DNA of 64,000 nt from Oikopleura dioica. Lineage: Eukaryota; Animalia; Chordata. The notes under the pieces were generated by a model. The model made no database searches and had not been told where the DNA came from. It worked only from the letters and a program-made list of their open reading frames with translations. Positions within the stretch are counted from its first letter, which is position 1, and every line of letters begins with the position of its first letter. A program made the translations under genes and the position numbers. Shown piece by piece: positions 11,514 through 25,673 of the stretch. The stretch lies in contig OU015567.1 of NCBI GenBank assembly GCA_907165135.1, positions 4,092,001 to 4,156,000 of the forward strand, given 5' to 3'.

Positions 11514-12180
11514 TTAAACGCTGACTTCTCCGCCACGAGGGTTGAGGCGTTTTGCCTGCCACCAGACAAAGCCGAGGGGAGCTACGCAGCTGAGGATCAT
11601 GATCGAGCCGGCCATTCCCTCTTTCTCGATGACTTTATTATTGAACTAGAAATATTAAACGAATAAAAATACTGAAAAGACCTCTCTTTACCTTGTAAGC
11701 AGTATGAAGAATGCCAAAAATGCCGCCAACCAGGGCAAGAACGATTCCAATAAGGACGTTCGACCACTCCGTTCTGCCCCAGTTGAAATGCTTGAACGGC
11801 CACATCCACTCGTTCCATTTCCAGGCGAAAATTATCAAAGTAAAGAATTGATAAACCCAGCTTAAATCATTAAGTAAGAAGGCTTATTAGGATTACTCAA
11901 AAAAGAGCCGTTTCTGACAATCAAGGGGCCGCTTGCTCGCGAAGCACGGTAATTAAAATCGAAGCCGCAAGCGGCTTCTCGATTTTTACCTAAAAACTTA
12001 CATCCAGTTGCCGCAGAAAATTGATATTCCATACAAATTGCCTCCTTCGATCCGATCAAAATTAATTTCCAAAATGAGGGTACCAACAAAAGCGAGCAGA
12101 AAAGTCAGGAGCTTTGTGCATCCCTGAAGAGTGAAGCAGAAGGCGAGCAGGGTGTGGAATGCGAGCTGGATATTGCACAT
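11514..12180 (-). CDS. Four-transmembrane MARVEL-like protein (CMTM/PLP2/MAL-like)
   Basis: Three exons. Reads MCNIQ...TLQGCTKLLTFLLAFVG...GNW/IWVYQFFTLIIFAW...NWGRTEWSNVLIGIVLALVGGIFG...AGSIMILSCVAPLGFVWW, giving four hydrophobic segments. Intron 11861-12001. Confidence 0.6.
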
Positions 12181-12340
12181 TCTAGCAGTAAAAGATATAA
12201 TTTCTGTTAGGAAGAAAGAGCAATAAAATACTCTCTTTGTTGAGAGCTTTATGACGCGGTAAAGGAGTACTGGAGTAACTCAAGCATGAAAATAAGCGTT
12301 TTTAAAATTAGGAATATAATTTATTGATGAAGGAATCGAC

Positions 12341-12510
12341 GGTCGGAGCCGGCAGCCTGTGTAAAAGACCTTGAGACCTCAAAGGATCCCGAAACAGTTC
12401 TCAGGATCAAAGCCGCGAAAGGGCCCCTCAATAAATGCTCTATGAATCTGAGAGCAAAGCCAATTCGATGAGCCTGACTAAGGTTTTGAACAGAGGCTGC
12501 CGTGCCCAGA
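12341..12510. mobile_element. MITE family A, strongly degenerate copy
   Basis: Ends ggtcggagccggcagcctgtgtaaaa and cctgactaaggttttgaacagaggctgccgtgcccag resemble the family TIR. Internal aagccgcg. Confidence 0.65.
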
Positions 12511-12573
12511 TTAAGGATGAATTATGAATATGAACTTGCGGAAAGAAAGCTTGCATGCAGAAGAATGATTGAA

Positions 12574-14660
12574 TTAGCGGGGGAGAAAAGAGACTTTGAT
12601 CTCTTTGGAAGGGTTGGCTAAAAACGCCGTTGTTCGTATTTTCTTGATGTCGTCGACAAAATCGCTTGGAAATTGCACTTTGAAGTTTTTCAGAATTCGC
12701 ATCAAACCCAAACGCGCTAAAAACCATGAAATTAGCTTCAAAGGGGAGTTCCTTACATTGCATATGAGCAAATCGCATTCCAACACAATTTCTAGGCCCA
12801 ACGCCGAAGGGAATGAAAAACGGCGCTTTTTCCAACGCAGGATTTTCAATCCATCTATCTGGCCGGAATTCGCGCGCCTCTGGGCCCCAGTATTCTTCAA
12901 TTTCATGGAGGTAGTCGACTGGTACTTCGAGATTGCTTCCTTTTGTTAAGGGAATGCCGTTGATGACGACGTCGTGGTCACAGTAGCGGAACTGGAAGAT
13001 TGCTGGAGAAAATAGACGCAGGCATTCGTTCAAAACGGCGATCAGGAGAGGCAATTTCTTTGAGTTGAGATTTTCGTACTCTTCTGGGACGTCTTTTACT
13101 TCCTAAAATGGTCAAAAATTATGGAAAAATTGTCGAAAATGGTTTGATCAAAAGCACGGTTCACTGCTTTTTTCGCTGGTAGCCCTTGATAATTTTCTAT
13201 TTGTACCTCATAGAGTCGCTGCTGAAGCTCTTCGTCCTTGCAAATATTGTAAATCGCCCATTGAAGCAATGAAGCGCTGGTTTCGTAGCCAGCTCCGAAG
13301 AGAACGAAGATCTGGCTGATGATTTCATCTTCTGTTAATCCCTTTGTGGCGTCCTTTGCATCTTCATCCGATATTCTGAGCTTTTTGAAGGCGCTGAGAA
13401 AGTTTCGCTGCTCCGTTTCTTGAGTGTCCGCCGCGAGCATGGACTTACAGTAGCCCGTGAACCATCTATGAGATCTACCAATTTGATTCATTAACTCAAA
13501 GAGTACCTGATTGCTTTGCTTGCATAGATTTTGATATCCAGCTTGTCGAGTAAACTTCCAAGGCCCGGGAAAATGAAGAGGAGAAAGATCTGAGGTCCAG
13601 GAGTAAGAATTTCGTTGAAATATTTCAATTCTTTCGAGTTGTCAAAGTCCTTGATCGAAGCCAAGTCCATTTGGAATCCCATGGCGGCGGCTAAAAACGC
13701 ATCCATCGTATATTTCCCCGACACTGTTCTCGGATTGATGCTTTCTCCGTTCAAATCTTTGATTTGTTGGACAAGAACATCAAGTCGTGATTTCGTCACT
13801 GCCATCATTTTCTCAAGCTGAACGTTCGAGAAGCTCGGTGAGACAGACTGCCGAACTCGTCGCCAAATTTTGGGGTCAGCAAGTACATCCATCATTTTGC
13901 TCATTTCCTTTCGAAGGGCTCGACAAAATGTATACAAAACCTGATTCAGGATCCTTAGAACGCTTTGAAAATAGCCGCGAATCCTCATTCATATCCTGGT
14001 TCGTCTATTCAACATTATTCCAGGACCCTGACTCAGGTTTTCTTCAAAGGTTGCCGAGCCCAGCCTTGCCCATTCCGAAGGAGCCAATGTCAGGCTGTCG
14101 ATTTGTGAACGAGCCAAAGTGGGTCGTGAAAATCGGCGTCAGAAGATCAACATCAACCGACAAAACGACCGGAGATAGAAGACGATAGAAACCAACTGTT
14201 TTTCTATTCTTGGCACGAAGCTCTTCATCTGCCAACTCCACCAGGCCGTTTTCACGAGCGTAGTGGCCACAAGTTCCGAAGGTTAAAAGAGAGGGAGTGA
14301 GGATGGGGATTCCCCAGTCGTTCATCGCCGTCCATGAGTACCGAATGTAAGCGTAGCTGAGAGCAGTTGTTCCGAGAGAAATCTAAGAATACATATAGGT
14401 GGTTCCTAAGACATTATTTCTGCCAGTTTCTGTACGCCAAAGAGCCGCTTGCGGTTCCGAGCAAATGAAAATTGTGTTCAAACATTTACTCCTCGAAAAA
14501 AGGAGATTGCGTTTTCAGAAATGGATGGTAAGGATAGTACCTTGACCCAGAGAGGAGGGTTTTTGAGCTTCTCCGGAATCGCTACATTTGAAATTTCTTT
14601 TGGAAGGCGACTTGACAGCCCCTTGATCTCCTTTGAAATCGAGTCAAAAATCCCGTCCAT
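12574..14660 (-). CDS. Cytochrome P450, CYP3 clan-like
   Basis: FTNRQ, WRRVRQSVSPSFS, I-helix FGAGYETS, ExxR (ECLR), FRPDRW and heme motif FGVGPRNCVG. Introns include 14383-14540 and 13908-14064 (GC-AG). Stop at 12574. Confidence 0.92.
13908..14064 (-). mobile_element. MITE family A copy that forms essentially the whole GC-AG intron of the P450 gene
   Basis: The intron starts GCTGGGCTCGGCAACCTTTGAAGAAAACCTGAGTCAGG, the family TIR from its first base. It ends CCTGAATCAGGTTTTGTATACATTTTGTCGAGCCC-TTCGAAAG. Phase-0 splicing restores the frame (SFGMGK/EMSKMMD). Confidence 0.8.
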
Positions 14661-15100
14661 CCGATTTCTTGAAAATTTTGACTTTTTAACCAATTGATTT
14701 CACTGATGTTGAAAGTTCAAAACTACCTGGTTAATAATTAGTCATATTTTTAGGATTTGGAAATGCCTATTTGTTCGAGAAAAGCGTGCAAGAAATGAAA
14801 ACAACAAGAAGTTTTTGGGTCAGTTTCGCGAACTGAAAGTGCAAGCATTTATTATTTTTTTTCAATGATGATCGGCGTAAGTTGATACAGATGGAAAACA
14901 AAAAATAGCAAAACTTTGGACTGTTTTGTTTTTCTTTACGTTGGAGATAGATAAGGGGCAGTTGGGAAAAATCTTTTATTGGCTGACACTACAGCAGTGT
15001 CAATTTTCCTAGAAGAACTTGGCGCAATGGCTCTAGTATGGCTATTCAGAGTGTTTTACAACTTGTTTCTTGATTTTACTTCATTTGATTTCGATTCTAG

Positions 15101-16411
15101 TTAAACACGATCCTGATGCCTTGCAGCACCGCCTCGTCCGCCGCCTCGCATTGATCCGGGAGCGTCGTAGCCGCCGTAAGCGCCTCCGTATCCACCACCG
15201 TAGCCTCCTCCTGGCTGTCCCCAAGCTGGAGCGCCTGACTGGCCACCACCGCGACCACCCCCTCGGCCGCCGCCTCGTCCTCCACCGCGGCCTCCTCCGT
15301 AGCCGCCGTATCCTCCGCCATAGCCGCCTAAAACATCGTTAACCCTTGCTCCTCCAAGCTTTATCACCGAAGTCCTGGCCGTATCCACCGTAGCCTCCAG
15401 GAGCTCCATAGCCACCAGGTCCGCCACCGTAGCCGCCTGGACCACCGTAACCGCCATAACCTCCACGGCCGCCTCGTGGCATCTGGTTCTTTGGCACTCC
15501 TTCTTTGGTTTCGCATCGTTTTCCGTCGATTTCGTGGTAGCGATCTCGGCAGGCAGTCTTCATGACGCCGTCGCGTTTGAAAGTAACGAAGCAGAAGCCT
15601 TTGTAGTTACCGGTTGCTTTGTCGACTGGACGGTCGACGACCTCGACTTCGCCGTATTTGCCGAAGTAGTCCTGAAAGTCGAATCAAAGTCAAGCCCATA
15701 AAGCGAGAAAACGGGTTTTTCATATTTTTACTCGAAAGCTTCTCGATTTTAAACGCTCTAATAAGCCCTAGAATTATTCCTGCGGGAAATTTTACCTTGA
15801 TAGTCTGATCGGTTGTTTCAGCAAGAATACCTCCGACGAACATCTTTCCATCTCGTCGCTCGGCCTTTTTGGGATCGATCTTGAAGAAAAACAGTTAGTG
15901 ACAAGCACACTTGACAGCGGTCTACCTTTTTGCCGTCAAGGATATGTTCTGGTGTGGCCAAAACAGCATCCACAGAGGCGGAATCCTCGAAGAGAACGAA
16001 TCCGAATCCACGGCTTTGCTGGGTCATTGTGTCGATCTGAAATACAAATGACTGTAAAAAGCTGGATTCAGGGGTGACTGCACCTTGACAGCAGCGTCTC
16101 TCAATCCACCGAAGCCTTCGAAGTAGGTTCTGAGAGATTCAGTCGTTGTTGATCGCGAAAGTCCGCCGACGAACATTTTGAAATCGTTGCTGATTTCAGA
16201 GCTAGAAAAGTAGCGCTAGAATTGACACTAGAAGCAGGACTTACTTTTGGATGAGCTTTCCTTCTTCTTTGCCCTCTCCTCCCTGAGCAACGGGCTCAGC
16301 GGGAGCAGCAGCAGTTCCATATGATTGCGCCTCGCCGGCGTACTCGTTTCCAGCAACGGGAGCAGCACCGTTCTGGGCAGTAGGGTCCGCGCCGTTGTAA
16401 TAATCTGCCAT
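15101..16411 (-). CDS. hnRNP A/B- or D-like RNA-binding protein (2 RRM plus Gly/Tyr/RGG tail)
   Basis: [35 protein letters not shown], second KMFVGG and KGFCFVTF, then GGYGG/RGG repeats. Several short GT-AG introns. Confidence 0.9.
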
Positions 16412-16534
16412 TTTTCACTACTTTTTTTTTAAAGCTGAAAATTTCAGTGTTAGAGTTTGAAATATAGAGTTTTTGAAAAGCGAGAATCAAAATTGAAGCA
16501 AACTAGGTTGGGCACAAAGTTTTAGAAAAGTGAA

Positions 16535-16590
16535 TTTTGATTGGTTGAGAGACCAAATACGGGCGTCTGATTGGCTAAAGACCCAATGCG
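16535..16590. promoter_or_regulatory. CCAAT-box cluster upstream of the hnRNP gene
   Basis: ATTGG twice and CCAAT once within about 50 bp, 130-180 bp upstream of the minus-strand ATG. Confidence 0.4.
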
Positions 16591-16614
16591 CCCAACCCAG
16601 GACAACACAAAACG

Positions 16615-16895
16615 TAACTGTAACTGTAAGAACTGTAAGATTACTGTGATAAACTGTAGTACTTTAACGACGGATACTGTAATATACTGTACTGTACTGG
16701 CGATAAACGATAAGATAGGTAATAACGATAATAAAAGACGGATTTTTCCACAACTTCTCTTCTTTTTTGGCTTTCTAGATTACGAATTCTACTGTAGAAT
16801 AAACTACTGTAAACTCTCTAATCTAGACTCGGGCTGGAACGATCTCGATCTTGTTCTTTGCTTTCTAACTGTACTGTCTAGACTCTGACTGTAGT
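16615..16895 (+). repeat. Cluster of 13 same-strand ACTGT motifs
   Basis: ACTGT at 16617, 16623, 16632, 16643, 16653, 16676, 16686, 16691, 16791, 16806, 16868, 16873 and 16888. Spacing is irregular. Confidence 0.7.
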
Positions 16896-17339
16896 ACTAG
16901 AGCTATTTTTCTGCAACTTTTTGGCAAATCTAAATAGTCCGTTAAAAATGCTAAAATGCGCTAAAAAGAAAAACTTGAAAATATTCATCCTCTTTTTTGG
17001 AGACATACCTGTCATTTCAAATTGCGATTCGTTCCGATTGAAACAGAAAAACGAGCATTCATTGCGCGATTTTTCAATTTGAACATTCTGAAAATTCTGG
17101 ATCAAAAACCTTGAAGATAATAAATAAAAGGAGGAAATTAATTAATAAATTGAGAACGAAAAATTGGAATTTATATTAAATCCGCGTGCTTTTCAAAAAT
17201 ATCACGGAAAACCCGCTCGAAAATTAAATATTAAATTTTATGGATAATTTTAAAATGAAATTCCAATTCTTCTAGTGAAATTGAGTAGTTCAGTTCTTCC
17301 AGCAAATTCCATTTTCGTCTCGAAAATCCCTCTCGGTCC

Positions 17340-17480
17340 TCTTTTTTTCGCGTGAAACGTGTCATTCGCGCAGTGCCGCGTTGAAAAAAAGTTCGTGTGC
17401 GTCGCCACCTACGCGCGCGCTCGGGCCAAAACCAATCAGCGCGCGCCGTTGTTCTCTGCCAACGCGACATCCACGAAGCT
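17340..17480 (+). promoter_or_regulatory. GC/CpG-rich promoter-like segment upstream of Sec61 alpha
   Basis: CGCG-rich island with CCAATCAG in an AT-rich background, 120-250 bp before ATG 17596. Confidence 0.35.
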
Positions 17481-17595
17481 TGCTTCAGCTCTGGCTACGG
17501 GGCTCAAAAAACGGCCCAAAACGGTTTTTCCAACAATTTTTTTCAAGAAATCTGAATTTTTGCGACTGAACAAAGAGAGAACAATAATTTGAAGA

Positions 17596-19747
<2,152 letters not shown>

Positions 19748-21797
19748 GGTAACCTACCTCATTATCTTCATTCTCTAATTGCGCTTTTAGTAATTTATAG
19801 AATACTCAAAAAGAAAACTATTCAAAAATTCGAAAAACAGACTGCTTCATTCATAGTGTTCACAGACGCCATTTTCTGTTCATCACTTTAGTTATCAATT
19901 CCTCTTTATGTGCAATCCTGAATAGGCTGTCCGACAACCTTCAACAAATAATAATGAGCGATAATACAGATTTTTATTATTGAAAGCTGCGATCGTGTTT
20001 ATTTTATGCAGGAAATACAGGGTGTTTGAAAGGACTTATAATAACGATGGGGAAAAGCCTACCTATCAGTTATGGTCACAGTCTTGGTCAGGAGAACTCC
20101 GATCCCGACCACCTCCTCCTTAGGCTGAAAACAACGAAGACTATTTGAAACCATTTTCTACGTTTCGCTATTTTTTAAACGCAATGTCTTATCATTACCT
20201 TTCTTTTCCCTTATTATTTAGAATTTACGAAAAATGGGTCTCTTGAAACAATTCAATTTGCAAATCACGACGAGTCCCCTTAATCCAGCATTTTCACGTG
20301 CAAGATCATTTCGCCAAATTAGTCCGTTTTCGTGCCCGGTAATGCGCGAGGCCTGGCAGCTGCAAAAGACGTAAAAATGAAGAAGCAAAAAACGAACAAG
20401 TGTTGTTCTACAGTAGATCTTCTTCATTCCTCCTGTCCGCTTATCAACCAAAAACGTACTACCTAAGGGGCAAGGTGGTTCTCAAATATGTCCATCGTTG
20501 CCTATTTTATGAGCTGTTTTCGGGGAAAATATTTGTAAACGGGATGTTTAGGGGAAGTGGCGCTATTGTCTGACAGACAGGACAATACAAAAGCCAAGAA
20601 ATTTCACAAGAATAGACGAAAAAAGGTTGACATTATGCCGTAAAGTTTATCGCTAAAATGATCACTTGGATTTATTATGGGACTGCAGTGACGCTGAATT
20701 AACGATATTTGACGCAAAATACTGATTGAGAACGGACTTTTAATGGTTCTTTTATATTCACTCCTAATAAGATAATAGCGCTTCCTAATTGAGAACACGA
20801 ATCAAAAATGTGTGATTGAACAAACAATGATTAGATTTTTTGTATTTTATAAATTATAATAAGCGATTATCAATTATCATTTATATGTTTAGCGATTGGT
20901 TGAATTTCTAGAGCTATTAAAGTTCAACTTTTTTGGTAAAAACCATTTTTCTTTTCAAAGAGGTATCTTTCTGAAATTAATTATCGTCTTTTTAATTGAA
21001 ATTATAAAACCTTATTTTATGAGTTTTTTGAGTTATTTTGCACATTATCTAAAATTTTAATATATCGTAAATGATAATTGCTGATTTTATTCTTTTACTT
21101 GTTTGTTAAATCATACGTATTTTCAAACTTACTAACAATCAACAAACAAAGCTTCTTAGCATCCACCCCGAAAATAAATCCGCTGATAACGCTCGCGCGC
21201 TAAAAATACCCCGCTTTATCGCGAGAAAGCTCCCGGTCGTAGCGCCACCTGCCGAGCGCTGGATTCTAGCTGCGCGCTGATCTCCCTTGCTTCTCCACTC
21301 TCAAGTTCATCTTTTGAATATTCTCCCTTTTTGTTATAGTATCGTGGATTTTGACCAATCACGTGGTCAATTCTCCCTTTACTAGAAGTCAATCCCAAAC
21401 AAACAACCAAGTTCACTTAAAAGAGAATTCAACCAAGCCAAGAGATAACTTTAACCCGTCAAAACCAAAATTGACAAGAAAAAAAATCAATCAAACTTCA
21501 ATTTCAAAAATTTCAAATTCAAAAAATACATAGTTTTACAATCTTCATAAAACTAGAATAAAAAAAAACTCGACGAATTTATTTCATAAGGAAATTTATT
21601 CGGAATCTTAAAATTTCAATTTTAAAGGATCTTAGATAGAGCTGCGAAGAATTTGCTACATTCGACAGTCGTAGAATATTCAGGAATGGATCAGTAAATT
21701 TTTTTTCATGCTATTAAAACGACGGAACTTTGATTTTTCAGGGCAATATCGCGGTAATCCACTTTTCGGACCCAGAATTTCCTCATTTTTTTCAAGA

Positions 21798-22040
21798 ATA
21801 GGGTCGGTTAACTGTCTTGAAAACCTGAGTCAGTGTCTAAATTATCTTAAATGAAAAGCCGCGGAGCGGCTTTTTTTAATCGAAGCCGGAAAGTGTCAAA
21901 GCTAGAATTTCAAATTTGATGCGAAATTTTATTTTTTAAAGCTTTCTTGGGCTTTTTTCTTAAAAAAGCCGCTACGCGGCTTTTTGTTTTTGGGTTAGTC
22001 AGAACCTGACTCAGGATTTCGTCTCAGGTTGACGTGAAGA
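21798..22040. mobile_element. MITE family A copy
   Basis: ctgtcttgaaaacctgagtcag ... cctgactcaggatttcgtctcaggttg, with three AAGCCGC/GCGGCTT hairpins. Confidence 0.8.
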
Positions 22041-22837
22041 GATCTGATAGGATGTTATAAAAGCTGTTTTTCAATATTTTTTTCGGAAAATACCTTGTTT
22101 GCTCAAAGCGCCGGGACGTGGAGGTCAAGAATAAAGCGTTCACTTGTTGTTGATACCCTTAACCCGTGTAAAGGGCATTACATCACCAGATCCGCGCGGT
22201 ACATGGGGATTGACATTCAACACTGTGAAATGTGAACATTGCACCTGCCCAATCAGGGCGACCCAAAGAAAATTGGATTTGTTTGTATCTTGATTTTAGC
22301 AGTCGGGCACTCCCTCTTAGTTTATTCAGTTTATGAAGTAACGTGAAGTATAAGCGCTTTTTCAAAAATAGCGGTATTTTGAAAATCCCCCAGGGAATTC
22401 CTCAGCCTCCAGAATATCTTTTAGAGATGCTCAATTCAATAAAACCACAGAACGAATTCCTGTCTTTCAAAAGCATTCCGTTGCTTCATAAATATTTAAC
22501 CGCTTTTTTTCTATTTTTCGACTTGAACCAATTTCAATCCCACAATTTCATTTTCTCGTTGAACGCGATTTTCTTGGTGAAAATTCGAAAAATGGGAGAA
22601 AATTGATTGATTAAAATTTTATCCCACGGTAGCGGAGGAAATGAAGTTTTGCTCTTTTGGAATTGATTCTTCGGCCTCCTCGGTTTTTGGTAGCGAGAGT
22701 TTGGTAACGGACGTCGCGAAACCGGTAACGGAATTTTAACAACACCTTCGAGTTATGAATTGTTCAGTTAACCCACATGTTTGGACAAAAATAGACATGT
22801 TCTACCGTTACAAGCTCGTTTTAGTATATTCCGCTTT

Positions 22838-22998
22838 GCTGGAAAACCTGTTTTGAAACCCTGAGTCAGGTTTTAAGGACCAAAGATAAAAAGCCGCTCT
22901 GCGGCTTTTTTTATTCTAAAACGAAGCCGCGTTGCGGCTTCGCGGCATATTTCAAACCTGAGTCAGGTTACCTGACTCAGATTTTCTACACAGGTTTT
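22838..22998. mobile_element. MITE family A copy with a duplicated right TIR core
   Basis: aacctgttttgaaaccctgagtcagg ... aacctgagtcaggttacctgactcagattttctacacagg, with two internal hairpins. Confidence 0.75.
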
Positions 22999-24813
22999 TA
23001 TGGGGTTGATACCCTTAAAATAAGAATCAAGAAAGTGCCGATGGAGGATCATATGATGCATCGGTTGATATTATCTCGGAGATATTATTGCAGCGCACGT
23101 ATATCGATAGACATGTTTGAAGGATAAATGTCCTTTTCGAGTTTTTGGAAGACGAGGGAAAGATAACATTTGTGGAGCGCGTGGCGCTGACAATCTTGAC
23201 ATCGCCTCACTCTAGCCCTCATCAACATCTCAGAAAAGTTGAAGCGCCAGGTGCGAGTCGCAGCGAAGATCGGTTTTGACAATGTCGCATGCATGTATTG
23301 AGATATCAATACATGTACATGAAGATAACAATGGTTTTGATGCTCTCATAAGCGATTCTAGCTCGAAACGTAATAAGGGTAACCCCAATCTTTATATCGA
23401 GGAGTAACTGTATTAATGACGTGAAAAAGCTTACTGTCAGCCCTTGTAATCTTTATCTGATATCATTTGGGCTGAGCAAAGAGCAGTAATTCGCGTCAAA
23501 AATCGGCTTATATCGGTAACAGAATCCGGAAACGTAAGAGTGGCTCAGCGACTTATTTTAACCGAGCTCTTGAGTTACGCCTAAACCGCAAAAAAGTATC
23601 AATTCGTTTTGTCTTTTTCGCGATTTTTCAATTTTCACGTCAATCATCCCTTTTTTTCCTTCAAATTCAGCAGTTTGGTGGAGCCACGCCGGTTGACAAG
23701 ATGAAAGCGAAAGAAGGTAAAATAAATTTTTGATGGCCGAGTATTAATTTGTCGATTCGTTCCGGTGTATTCAAGCAGCAGTACGAAACCGCGTTCCGCT
23801 TTACTTCGGACCGCCAATTTCCAACCGCTTCTCAAAACAACCGCCAGCGTCTACCACGGTCACCTTAAATGCTTTCTCAGTTTTATCGTGCAAAAGACAA
23901 ATCTTTTGAAATTGTTTTCTTCATCCCATCGTTTCCCATAAGTTTCGGGCCATAAGATCTGCCATTAAAAATTACATTGAATATTCATTTTGTGCAATTC
24001 TAGTGCAATTTGACATTCTCGAGATTGTCGGATATTCACATTGGTTTCGTTGGCACAAAAACGGTGTAGAAGCGCGGATAAAAGGGATGTCGGTTTGGAA
24101 GATAAGGCATTAAATTGTAGATAATGGCTTTCTAGCGCTAAGAATTACTTAATTTGATTTCGACAAAGCATCATAAAGGGGCAATTTCAAAACTCTAATT
24201 GTAATTTTACTCAATCTTCAATAATGATCTTCACCAAAAATTATGTACAACCGTGTTATTGTGGACCGAAATTTAAATTTGATGTAGTACTTAGATCTCA
24301 ATTTTACATAACAAGCACTTCATGGATATTTTTTTTCGATAAGAATTGGAATAAAAGAGTTGAAAGAGGAAACTCGGCCGATCGAATTTCAAACGAGCCC
24401 GTCAGACCGCTGATAAGAGTGGAAAGTGAGAAGATAGCCGCACTAGTTTGATAATATTTCTTCCGCTAGAGAAAGTCATAATTACGACTTGTAAAAAAGA
24501 ACGATCATTTCACAGTCTCGCTCCATTTAGAAATTGAAACCAGCCACAAATTAATCGTTTTGGGCTCAACTCAATTTTGAAAAAAAAAAATCTTTATCGA
24601 TGTCGCTAAAATCAGCCGACCGCAGTTATGAGATAATTTCAGCGCTTCAGCCGTCAATGTGGCAACGTTTGATTTCACGTTCTGTCAACTAAACGGGTTC
24701 TTCAAAATTTAGACTCGCAATTTTGGTGAACGAATTAGACGATAATTTGTGTTTTTGCTTTTTTAAATACGACGAAATTGTAATAAAAATATTTTCGTTT
24801 ATTTTTTCATCAG

Positions 24814-25340
24814 TCATGTTGTCAAACTTATGGCGATAAAAACTATGAGTAGCCATAATCCGAACATGCAACAAGAAGCTGTACAAAAAAATATGCACAG
24901 CTTCAAACAGACATTTCCTTCGGGTTGGGCTTCAGGCTCTTCTGATTGATCTAGAAATTCATTCCATTTCGGCCTTTGCTCGACATCGGCGCCTCCAATC
25001 ATTGTTTCTGTTGGGGGGCTCGTTGCTGCGAATTGATTTGATGGTTCTATATCAACAGCTAAAAGGGTCAATCAGGAGGATCAAGGGTTTGCAACTTGAA
25101 AGTACCTGTATTTTGGGCCGCTTCAGGTTGGGTTTGAGCGGGAGTAGAGAAAGGAGAATATGGTTCTGTTGTCTCCTGAGGTGCTGTTTCAAAAGGAGCA
25201 AAGGCCGGGGCTTGAGCTAGAATTGGCGTTAAATATATAAAAATCTAACTGTAAACCTGATGAATCCCCATAATTATACGAGGAAAAATTTCCATATGAA
25301 GCCCAAGGATCATCTTCCGACCCTTGATTTGTGGAAAAAG
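24814..25340 (-). CDS. Uncharacterised acidic Pro/Thr-rich protein with a Cys-rich C-terminal membrane anchor; 5' end unresolved
   Basis: Spliced reading ...DDPWASYGNFSSYNYGDSS/AQAPAFAPFETAPQETTEPY...QNT/AVDIEPSNQ...NVCLKLCIFFCTASCCMFGLWLLIVFIAISLTT stop, with GT-AG introns. Confidence 0.5.
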
Positions 25341-25673
25341 ACATCTTCAAAACTAAAGTGATCAAAATGTATTTTTACAAAACACCTTGGAGCTCTAGAA
25401 AATAAGAGACAAAGAAAAATTACTGATCCAGCAACAGACCTTTTCAACCAGAAAACCGTACGATATCGTACTTTTGAACGTCGCCCCCAATATCGGGAGT
25501 TAAACCTCTTTTTCTATAAAAAATAAAAATATAAAAAAATAATTCAAAAAGCAACTTGAGAATTTCAAAGCCTTTTTCTCATTTGGCAAAAATTTCGAGC
25601 TTTTTTTGAACGCGCGGTTGTGACTTCAAAAAACGGAAATAAGTACAACTCCAGTCAAACTCCAGTAAACAAA

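Noticed and set aside
15070-15466. Arg/His-rich and Ala/Glu-rich ORFs overlapping the hnRNP tail
   Set aside because: Antisense and alternative-frame shadows of the GGY/RGG low-complexity coding sequence.
16571-16888. 105-aa ORF over the ACTGT cluster
   Set aside because: Its Cys/Thr/Val/Asn bias follows from the DNA motif. It has an alternative start and no protein-like features.
17425-17480. ER stress element upstream of Sec61 alpha
   Set aside because: CCAAT and CCACG are present but not in the CCAAT-N9-CCACG spacing.
20000-24600. Short ORFs and possible small exons (for example 23650-23870)
   Set aside because: No homology, no consistent exon chain, and AT-rich sequence interspersed with MITEs. 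Left uncalled.
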